Of a DNA stretch of 19,123 nt, positions 8,936 through 15,683 are shown in pieces (positions within the stretch are counted from its first letter, which is position 1; each line of letters begins with the position of its first letter). Under the pieces are notes generated by a model. The model worked only from the letters and a program-made list of their open reading frames with translations. It had not been told where the DNA came from and made no database searches. The translations under genes and the position numbers were made by a program. Origin of the DNA: a virus; the UHGV virus genome UHGV-0246749. One strand, 5' to 3'.

Positions 8936-9118
8936 TTATTCCTCATCTTCATCTGCTGGTGCAATAACGTCATATCCTGCCCTTTCTGCAATAAACAGGA
9001 ATGTTGAAAGAGTTCCTACAAGTTCATCGTCATGAACATGGCGAATGAATATTACTTTCCCGTTTTTGATGGTCAGCAATATTCTGGTTTGTTCGTGTTC
9101 TGCTGTTTTCTGATGCAT
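8936..9118 (-). CDS. Hypothetical small protein, 60 aa, acidic C-terminal tail
   Basis: ATG preceded by GGGAG; ends 'APADEDEE'; 5-nt gap to the next gene. Confidence 0.5.
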   Translation of the reverse strand: MHQKTAEHEQTRILLTIKNGKVIFIRHVHDDELVGTLSTFLFIAERAGYDVIAPADEDEE

Positions 9119-9120
9119 TA

Positions 9121-9234
9121 TTATCTCCCGTATGCTTTACGCAGAAATAAGCAGGCAATATGCATGTAATTTTCACCGTATTGTGCAATAAGGCAGGCGG
9201 TCTTGTGTGATGCCATATTCTTTATAAAAGTCAC
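9121..9234 (-). CDS. Possible small ORF (37 aa), not in the ORF track
   Basis: My own translation: (GTG)TFIKNMASHKTACLIAQYGENYMHIACLFLRKAYGR; AGGAGG lies 7 nt before the GTG; its stop is 2 nt before the 60-aa gene start. Could be non-coding leader instead. Confidence 0.25.
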   Translation of the reverse strand: MTFIKNMASHKTACLIAQYGENYMHIACLFLRKAYGR

Positions 9235-9312
9235 AATAAAGCCTCCTGTGGTTTAAGGTTGTAACAATCCCCGGCGATAAAACCGCAATAAACGTTCAGG
9301 GCATATTTGTTG

Positions 9313-9678
9313 TTATTGCGCTAATTCTTTTTCGGCAGCAGCTTTTGTATACTCACATGCAAAACTCAGAATTTCGCTGCCGAGTGTTTTCGTTTCGTGA
9401 TTACTGGACATATGTAATACCTGTGTTGCATGCAATAAATGATAAACATTTACCGCAAATGAATCAGGCTCCAGGCAAATGCCTTCGTAATTATCTTGCT
9501 GTGAGGTTGTTTCTGTCATTGCTCCTGAAGTGCATACGAGCCTGTTTTTGACAATTCTCTTTTCTCTAATCACTATATCGGCAACATCTATTGCCTTTAC
9601 AACCTCCGGGAGAAGTTCCGGGTTTGTATAATCAAAGTCATCAACATGGAGAACAGTTATGTTTTCGAACTTTTTCAT
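9313..9678 (-). CDS. Hypothetical protein, 121 aa, AT-rich gene
   Basis: ATG preceded by GAGGA at 5-nt spacing; flanked by AT-rich intergenic DNA on both sides; no recognised domain. Confidence 0.55.
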   Translation of the reverse strand: MKKFENITVLHVDDFDYTNPELLPEVVKAIDVADIVIREKRIVKNRLVCTSGAMTETTSQQDNYEGICLEPDSFAVNVYHLLHATQVLHMSSNHETKTLGSEILSFACEYTKAAAEKELAQ

Positions 9679-9806
9679 GGTTTCCTCAGCTGACTTATAT
9701 GTTCTGCTATATAGCGAGTCTCAGAAGTGTTTTCATATTGAGACTGTTTCCGCAATGATTGATAAAAATGTTCGCATGTACCTTGAGGGGCGAAGCGGCG
9801 ATTATG

Positions 9807-10310
9807 TCACCATTGGTATTGGTTCTTCCGTAGAAGAGCTTCGCGAGATAAGGGGCAAACTTGTTGAGATGCGTCATGGTGTTGCTGCTCCTCACTTTTT
9901 GGTTGCTCCGGAGGAGTAACCTCACCAGTTAACAGCCACATCGGATCGCAGCCAAGAATATTTGCCAGTGGGATAAGCATACTGATAGTTGGTTCATACT
10001 CTCCGCTCTCCCACTGGATGATAATTTCTTCATCGAGATCGAGCAGCCTGGCGAGTTCGGCGGTTGTTAAGCCGCAGGCTTCGCGTTGGGTGCAAAGACG
10101 GTTGTTGATTGCAGAATTTTTGTTCTGTAAAAGCATTGCTGACGATAGCTTTCTGGATATGCTATTTGTCATATCCCATGCCAGTCCTGCGCATGACTCT
10201 ATATCGCTAGAGAGCGTAGCATCAGGTGTTGCTTTTGCTATTAGTGTAATGAGGCTGCCGAGGTTTTTCAGTTCTTCGAGACAGTCAAGAGTTGTAGCTT
10301 TATTGATCAT
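9807..10310 (-). CDS. HTH (XRE-type) DNA-binding protein with a 58-aa N-terminal extension; first gene downstream of the putative pL
   Basis: 'CGLTTAELARLLDLDEEIIIQWESGEYEPTISMLIPLANILGCDPMWLLTG' is a classic XRE-family helix-turn-helix; ATG at 10310 preceded by GAGG; an internal ATG at 10136 would give an N-terminal HTH instead. Confidence 0.6.
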   Translation of the reverse strand: MINKATTLDCLEELKNLGSLITLIAKATPDATLSSDIESCAGLAWDMTNSISRKLSSAMLLQNKNSAINNRLCTQREACGLTTAELARLLDLDEEIIIQWESGEYEPTISMLIPLANILGCDPMWLLTGEVTPPEQPKSEEQQHHDASQQVCPLSREALLRKNQYQW

Positions 10311-10413
10311 GAGATGATACCTCAGTTACGAACTTTGTTTTATGGTAACTAAGGTATCAAGGTGTGGCAAGTGATTTTTGATACTTTGGTTTCTTTTTGT
10401 GTTTTGTGTCTGG
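10311..10413 (-). promoter_or_regulatory. Putative OL/pL region: two copies of the operator 12-mer plus a leftward promoter
   Basis: 'ttgatactttgg' at 10378-10389 and its near-reverse-complement 'ctaaggtatcaa' at 10349-10360; on the minus strand -35 TTGCCA (10365-10370), 17-nt spacer, -10 TACCAT (10342-10347). Confidence 0.45.
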
Positions 10414-11070
10414 TCAGAAAATATCCCACCTGGCATCAACCACAACACCTACTATTTCGCAATCATTGTCCATTTCTATGATTGGATATTGTGGATTAAG
10501 GGGCTTTAGAAACGCCTTTCCCATGTCAGAAATATATTTTTTGAATGTTGCTTCATTGGTAGATTTTTTTCTGGCGATGACGTAACACCCTGAAAAAACT
10601 TCTTTATCTGGGTTGACAAGGATCGACATTCCTTCAGGAAATGTTATTCCTACGGGCGAAGTCATTGAGTCTCCGTGCACTTCCAGCCAGAACCCCCTCT
10701 CACCAGCGTATTTTACAGAATGCCTCCAATTATCCTGATCATACATGTTGTAGTCATCACCAGAAGTTGCGAATAATCCTGCCTGAACCCAGTTAATTAC
10801 AGGGTAAGAGTGTGCTGTGTCTCTCTGTGGGCAGCTCTTAACATTATTTTCCCAATGCTTATCTTTTTCATCTCCGTTCTGAAGCCACTGCGGTGAACAC
10901 CGCAGTGCAGCTGCAACTTTAAAAAGGGTGTCACCGTTGAAACTTTTTGTAAGGCCTTGCTCGGCTTTACTTATTGCAACTCTGGTGACCCCAGCTTTTT
11001 TAGCCAACGCATCTTGTGTTAACCCAGCTTTTTGCCGTGCGTTGATGAGACGTTCACCTAAAGACTTCAT
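10414..11070 (-). CDS. cI: CI-type prophage repressor (N-terminal HTH, C-terminal LexA/S24 peptidase-like domain)
   Basis: Track ORF extends to 11145, but the ATG at 11070 (MKSLGERL...) follows AGGAG. N-terminal HTH 'LTQDALAKKAGVTRVAISKAEQG'; C-terminal 'HGDSMTSP' and 'ARKK' fit the S24 Ser/Lys dyad; 'VQAGLF' contains a possible Ala-Gly autocleavage site. Confidence 0.85.
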   Translation of the reverse strand: MKSLGERLINARQKAGLTQDALAKKAGVTRVAISKAEQGLTKSFNGDTLFKVAAALRCSPQWLQNGDEKDKHWENNVKSCPQRDTAHSYPVINWVQAGLFATSGDDYNMYDQDNWRHSVKYAGERGFWLEVHGDSMTSPVGITFPEGMSILVNPDKEVFSGCYVIARKKSTNEATFKKYISDMGKAFLKPLNPQYPIIEMDNDCEIVGVVVDARWDIF

Positions 11071-11181
11071 TTTTCTTCTCCTCTCATGGCTGTTGATACT
11101 AAAGTAACAGAATTTCTTGATACTTTGGGTTCCTGTGGTTAACATCGTTGGATAACAAAGTATCTGGCGTGAGACTAAAGA
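11071..11181. promoter_or_regulatory. Putative OR/pR/pRM region: three copies of the operator 12-mer and a rightward promoter
   Basis: 'ttgatactaaag' at 11093-11104, 'ttgatactttgg' at 11117-11128, reverse copy 'caaagtatct' at 11156-11165; rightward -35 TTGATA (11117-11122), 17-nt spacer, -10 TAACAT (11140-11145). Confidence 0.5.
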
Positions 11182-11409
11182 ATGACCCTTTATGAAATAT
11201 TAAAAATTCAATTTAAAACCAATGCCGCTATTGGTCGCAGGTTCCCAAAGAAAGGAAGGCCTCGTGGCAGTCAAGGTGTTGGAAAGTGGAAAACGCGAGG
11301 TGTTCCGGAGGATGTTGCCATTCTTTGTCATCTGGATCCGAGCATTCCATATACACACCCAAGTCTAGCGAATACAGAAGATGACAAGCCCACAGGAGAC
11401 CAACAATGA
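11182..11409 (+). CDS. Possible small basic protein in the Cro position; could be non-coding leader
   Basis: 75-aa ORF rich in K/R/G with no HTH I can recognise; weak ribosome-binding site; stop overlaps the next ATG. Confidence 0.3.
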   Translation: MTLYEILKIQFKTNAAIGRRFPKKGRPRGSQGVGKWKTRGVPEDVAILCHLDPSIPYTHPSLANTEDDKPTGDQQ

Positions 11410-12113
11410 ACACCGCAATTTTTAACGGCAAAGCATCCATGACCAGCGTTGAGATCGCAGAGTTGGTGGGAAGCCGACCAGATAGTGTTAAGAGAACTAT
11501 TGAAACACTGGCTAAAAAGGGAATCATCCAATTTCCACAGACTGTGGAAATTGAGAATAAACAATCACTTGGGCCTCGCCGATTTTCTAGCGCGTATGTA
11601 TTCGAAGGTGAACGAGGTAAGCGCGACAGCATCATTGTCGTCGCACAGCTCTGTCCTGAATTCACAGCTTGCCTGGTAGATCGCTGGCGCGAACTGGAAG
11701 AACAGATCCGTAAGCCAATGAGCGAAATCGAAATGGTTGCCGCGATGGCTCTTGAAGCCGTTCGCCAACAGAAACGGATCACTCAGGTGGAAGAAAAAGT
11801 CAGCCACGTTGCTGAAACAGTCGAGCAAATTAAAAAGGGCACTATTCGTGAGGGCTATGCCGGATATCGCCAACTGAAAGCAAAAACCGGTTTGTCAGAT
11901 GATAAATGCCGCAATCTGGTGAACGCCTATCAAATTCCTACAGACACACATGAGTTCATGACGCCGGACGGATTGTTGTCACGTCGCGCAATTGTTGCTG
12001 TGGAACCGTTTATGGCTGCTTTTTATCGGGTTATGGAGGAAGCAGAACCGCGAGGGACTCGCTGGTATCACCCGAAAATGGGGTTATTTCAGGTTATTGG
12101 TTGGCAGCGATGA
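11406..12113 (+). CDS. Rha-like / antirepressor-like DNA-binding regulator
   Basis: 235 aa; ATG preceded by AGGAG; N-terminal 'MTSVEIAELVGSRPDSVKRTIETLAKKG' parallels the N-terminal region of the Rha protein at 12526. Confidence 0.55.
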   Translation: MNTAIFNGKASMTSVEIAELVGSRPDSVKRTIETLAKKGIIQFPQTVEIENKQSLGPRRFSSAYVFEGERGKRDSIIVVAQLCPEFTACLVDRWRELEEQIRKPMSEIEMVAAMALEAVRQQKRITQVEEKVSHVAETVEQIKKGTIREGYAGYRQLKAKTGLSDDKCRNLVNAYQIPTDTHEFMTPDGLLSRRAIVAVEPFMAAFYRVMEEAEPRGTRWYHPKMGLFQVIGWQR

Positions 12114-12136
12114 AAAAAAGCCGGGAGTAACCCGGC
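12113..12136 (-). terminator. Intrinsic terminator oriented for leftward transcription
   Basis: Seven A's (12113-12119) then stem gccggg / cccggc with loop agtaa (12120-12136); on the minus strand this is a hairpin followed by a U-tract. No T-tract follows on the plus strand. Confidence 0.4.
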
Positions 12137-12332
12137 TCACTCAACATCAATAACGGGGAGCTGTTTCGCATAAAACGGCTCCGAAACATCCAAGAACAGT
12201 TCTAAAGATATCAGCAGCTATATGATCATTTCAAGACCAAATATTGATTCTGCAATTCCGGGACGTTACACTGCTCAGGCACCTTATAAAGCGGGTGCCG
12301 GGCGTGGAAACCCGAAATTCAATATAGAGCAC

Positions 12333-12354
12333 AACCGCGCTCATGCGGTTTTTT
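12333..12354 (+). terminator. Weak candidate rightward terminator (tR1-like position)
   Basis: 'aaccgc gctcat gcggtt' followed by T's to 12354; short GC stem, so low confidence. Confidence 0.3.
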
Positions 12355-12525
12355 CGTGTCATGAGCATCGTTACGCCCAAATTATGGTGGGGCGTGCAGG
12401 GCCAACTTCGGTTGGGCCGGGTTCTATGTTGACCGGTATTTCCACCCCTGTACGTCTCACCACCTATATGGTCGTGGAAAGCCTTGGTGGTGAGTTCATT
12501 GAATTCAACATAGGGGCTGTCACCA

Positions 12526-13076
12526 TGACTACTCTCCCAACCCAATCTCACCCTGAAATCACGATTATCAATGGTCGCGTTGTCACCACATCTCTTGCAG
12601 TAGCTAATTACTTTACTAAACGGCATGAGCGGGTTTTAGATAGAATTAGAAACCTCGAATGTTCCGCTGAATTTACTGAACACAATTTTGTGTTAAGTGA
12701 ATACACCGACGCATCAGGCCGCAAACTACCTTGCTATCAAATCACCCGCGATGGCTTCGCGTTCCTTGCCATGGGCTTCACTGGTAAACGTGCTGCCCGG
12801 TTCAAAGAGGCATACATCAACGCCTTTAACCTGATGGAGAAGAGTTTATCAGGTGCCGATGCGTCTGATATGTCAGCTGTCGCACGAAACGCCAGAGGCG
12901 TATACCTGCATTTGCGTGAAATCCATCAAATCTGGACAAGCCAGCTTTATCCAATGCTTAAGGCCGTTGAATCTCCGCTGGCTAGCAAACTGTACGACCG
13001 TGTTGGTGATGCTGTTTTTGGCGCTGCACTTGTTGATTCCAGGCTGAATGGTTCTGACAAGGAGGTTCGCCCATGA
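12526..13076 (+). CDS. Phage regulatory protein Rha
   Basis: 'ITIINGRVVTTSLAVANYFTKRHERVLDRIRNL...ITRDGFAFLAMGFTGKRAARFKEAYINAFNLMEK' matches the Rha family as I recall it. Track ORF starts at 12222, but the upstream 101 codons look non-coding; I take the ATG at 12526. Confidence 0.7.
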
Positions 13077-13267
13077 TTAGTTACGAAATCATCATCTCCA
13101 CTACGGAATACAGAAACGATGTATCAGTTCGCACGGATGTATCTGTCTGGCACCGTCGCTATAAATCCAGAAAAACAGCGGAACTGAAAGCGGCAGAGAT
13201 GTGTGAAACCATCTCAATGAAAGGTAGCCCGGTTAAATACGTAACTACGGTGGAGGTGCGTCCATGA
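13073..13267 (+). CDS. Hypothetical small protein (64 aa)
   Basis: ATGA overlap with the Rha stop; part of a chain of coupled small ORFs. Confidence 0.45.
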   Translation: MISYEIIISTTEYRNDVSVRTDVSVWHRRYKSRKTAELKAAEMCETISMKGSPVKYVTTVEVRP

Positions 13268-13488
13268 TCCGCCACATCGTTAATTCCCTGTATCACCGAT
13301 ACAACCGTTGCCCCCGTGTGGGGCAGTGGTTCGCCACCAGCAACGGTCACGTTCTGCGGGTTTGCCTAGTCAACGCTGAAAGCCAGAAAGTCGTGTGCGA
13401 ACTACAGGGGCGTAGCTACACCATCAGTTACCCTCTGGCGGTATTTCTGTCTGGAAAAATGTTTAAGCGTCTGGGAGGTGTGGCGTGA
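13264..13488 (+). CDS. Hypothetical small protein (74 aa)
   Basis: ATGA overlap with the upstream stop; Cys-containing. Confidence 0.45.
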   Translation: MIRHIVNSLYHRYNRCPRVGQWFATSNGHVLRVCLVNAESQKVVCELQGRSYTISYPLAVFLSGKMFKRLGGVA

Positions 13489-13784
13489 ACTGTTTTCAGT
13501 TTGTGTGCGGATGTGCTTTCGATAACCCGATTCAGCGCCTGATTATGTTGCGTGTTTTGATGTCGGGTTCTTCAGACGGTGAAGGCGAGAGAGTTATTGA
13601 TCATCAGGTGCTTGCTGATTTCTGCTGTTGTTCTAAGCAAGCGATATTCAGGGAAACCCTGGCACTGGAAAGAGCTGGTTATCTTCATATCCGAAAAATT
13701 GCAACGCTTACTATTGATGCAAAAGCCAGACTACAACCTGCGCGTGGCTACACAATTCTCATGCCGCGGAAGGAGGTTGTATGA
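13485..13784 (+). CDS. Hypothetical protein (99 aa), possibly DNA-binding
   Basis: GTGA overlap with the upstream stop; ends in ATGA overlap with the replication initiator. Confidence 0.45.
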   Translation: MNCFQFVCGCAFDNPIQRLIMLRVLMSGSSDGEGERVIDHQVLADFCCCSKQAIFRETLALERAGYLHIRKIATLTIDAKARLQPARGYTILMPRKEVV

Positions 13785-14773
13785 GCCGTTACGCCCCCAC
13801 ACCGGAAGTTATGGCTATTGGTCAAATTAATATTTCCGGCAATGTTACACCTGCGAACTGGTGGAAATATATTCGACTACCCAGTGGGCGTCCGGATGCG
13901 ACGGCTATCGCTCTGCTTTCAGAGATCGTTTACTGGTACCGCCCGACAGAGGTCAGGGATGAGCACACCGGAGCGTTGCTGGGATATCGCAAGCGTTTTC
14001 AGGGCGACAAACTGCAAAGAAGCTACCAGGCGTTTGCTGAGCAGTTTGGTTTCGGGAAAAGGGAAACCGCAGATGCGCTGAAGCGTCTGCGCGATGCAGG
14101 GTTTATTACTCTGGATTTACGCACGGTGGAAATGCTCGATGGGGTGAAATGCAGCAATATTTTGTTTGTCGGGATCAACCCACAGGCAATTGCGGCCATC
14201 ACCACACCTTCTTCTGTTTCGCCAGAAAGTAACAGCAATAATGCAATCAGCGATACAGCTATTACGTTAAAACGGAACACCCCCCGACGTCATAACGGAA
14301 CAGGGGATACGCCGAATGTTGATACAAATACAGAGATTACTACAGAGATTACAACGGAGACTAAAAACACTATTGATGCATCCGCTGACGCGTCTGCGCC
14401 AGCGCGTTCTGCCCGACAGGAATATTCATCGGAATTTGAACAGGCCTGGCAGGAATATCCCAAACGTGCTGGTGGCAATTCCAAGTCAGCAGCCTTCAAA
14501 GCCTGGAAAGCCCGTATCAGGGAGGGAATAAAACCGGAGACCATGCTTGATGGCGTGAAGCGGTATGCCGCCTGGGTACGTGCTACAGGAAATACCGGCA
14601 CACAGTTCGTGAAGCAGGCTGCGACGTTCTTTGGACCCGATCGTCACTTCGAAGATTACTGGCAACAGCCAGCCGCTCACGGAGGTGGGCGACAGCGACA
14701 GGTCGATGTCCTGGCTGGCCTGGGAGCCATGTCTGACAAATTCGGTAAATCCAGTAACAAATTGACATTCTGA
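13781..14773 (+). CDS. Phage replication initiator / replisome organiser (lambda O-like role)
   Basis: 330 aa; ATG after AGGAGG; sits directly upstream of the DnaC-like and DnaB-like genes; carries an internal tandem repeat at the DNA level. Confidence 0.7.
   Translation: MSRYAPTPEVMAIGQINISGNVTPANWWKYIRLPSGRPDATAIALLSEIVYWYRPTEVRDEHTGALLGYRKRFQGDKLQRSYQAFAEQFGFGKRETADALKRLRDAGFITLDLRTVEMLDGVKCSNILFVGINPQAIAAITTPSSVSPESNSNNAISDTAITLKRNTPRRHNGTGDTPNVDTNTEITTEITTETKNTIDASADASAPARSARQEYSSEFEQAWQEYPKRAGGNSKSAAFKAWKARIREGIKPETMLDGVKRYAAWVRATGNTGTQFVKQAATFFGPDRHFEDYWQQPAAHGGGRQRQVDVLAGLGAMSDKFGKSSNKLTF
14329..14364. repeat. Tandem 12-bp direct repeats inside the initiator gene (candidate origin iterons)
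   Basis: 'tacagagattac' at 14329-14340 and 14341-14352 (perfect), then degenerate 'aacggagactaa' at 14353-14364; encodes TEITTEITTETK. Confidence 0.35.
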
Positions 14774-14783
14774 GGTGACAGCG

Positions 14784-15683
14784 ATGATGACGATTGACCA
14801 ACGTGAGAAACAAACAAGACTACAGGCGCGAATGGATGAGTTACGGGCAGAAATGGATGAGTTACGGGCAGAGATTGCATTTGCTCAGAAGGGCGAAAAG
14901 CCATGGCCTTATCGTTCCTGCCTGATGCGTGAAGGTCGCGGATATTGCGAAAAACACGGTAAATATCGTACGCATATACTGGTGTGGATCGATCGTAATG
15001 GCGAGGACAGAGAAAAAATTTCATGCTGCCCTGACTGCTTGATCGCTGAGGCCAGTGATTTGACCATGGAACTGTCGTCCCTCAAGGCGGAAGAACTGAC
15101 TGATAACGCCGGAATTGCTCTGCGTTTTCGGGACTGCGAGTTTGATAATTATCTGGAGGTTAATCCTGACGCAGCCAGAAATCTTGCGGCCTGTCGCCGC
15201 TATGCGGAGAACTGGCCAGATATGCTGGAGAACGGTACCAGTCTTGTTATGACCGGCAGTTGCGGTACCGGGAAAAATCATCTGGCGGTATCAATGGCAA
15301 AACACATCATCCGTAACTATCTGGCCAGTGTGGAGATCACCGACGTGATGCGCCTTACCCGGGCTGTGAAAAACTGCTGGCGGAATGACAGTGAAAAAAC
15401 AGCGGATGACGTCATTGAGCATTATGCGTCACTGGATTTGCTGATTGTCGACGAAGTCGGCGTTCAGTTTGGCAGTGCGGCTGAAATGGCCATTTTGCAG
15501 GAAATTATCAATGCCCGGTATGAGGGTATTTTGCCAACTATCCTGATCAGCAACCTTTCACCGGAAGAATTGTGGGCGTTCATCAGTCCCCGGATTGCCG
15601 ACAGGATCACCGATGGCGGGCGCAACTGGTTGTCGTTTAACTGGCCCAGCTACCGTTCTCGTATCGGAGGTGTTGCCGCATGA
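14784..15683 (+). CDS. DnaC-like helicase loader (IstB-like AAA+ ATPase)
   Basis: Walker A 'GSCGTGKNHLA' and Walker B 'LLIVDEVG'; track start is GTG at 14775, I prefer the ATG at 14784 after GAGGTG; stop overlaps the helicase start as ATGA. Confidence 0.85.
   Translation: MMTIDQREKQTRLQARMDELRAEMDELRAEIAFAQKGEKPWPYRSCLMREGRGYCEKHGKYRTHILVWIDRNGEDREKISCCPDCLIAEASDLTMELSSLKAEELTDNAGIALRFRDCEFDNYLEVNPDAARNLAACRRYAENWPDMLENGTSLVMTGSCGTGKNHLAVSMAKHIIRNYLASVEITDVMRLTRAVKNCWRNDSEKTADDVIEHYASLDLLIVDEVGVQFGSAAEMAILQEIINARYEGILPTILISNLSPEELWAFISPRIADRITDGGRNWLSFNWPSYRSRIGGVAA

Noticed and set aside
9659-9925. ORFs of 86 and 72 aa spanning the 9679-9806 intergenic region
   Set aside because: They cross the promoter region of the 121-aa gene and overlap the 3' end of the HTH gene; more likely regulatory DNA than coding.
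11228-11873. Minus-strand ORFs of 184, 78 and 102 aa (11228-11782, 11328-11564, 11565-11873)
   Set aside because: They lie antisense to the well-supported plus-strand Rha-like gene and have Cys/Ser/Leu-rich shadow-frame composition.
12389-12450. tRNA-like structure around the UUCG hairpin
   Set aside because: Too short and lacking recognisable D-arm and T-arm conserved bases; kept only as an unexplained structured element in the leader finding.
12222-12525. Long N-terminal extension of the Rha ORF (track ORF starts at 12222)
   Set aside because: The upstream 101 codons have no ribosome-binding site, do not look like protein, and overlap terminator-like hairpins; the Rha domain begins at the ATG at 12526. 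Treated as leader.
14023-15281. Several minus-strand ORFs of 64-115 aa antisense to the initiator and DnaC-like genes
   Set aside because: All overlap strongly supported plus-strand genes; repetitive or Arg/Pro-rich translations.
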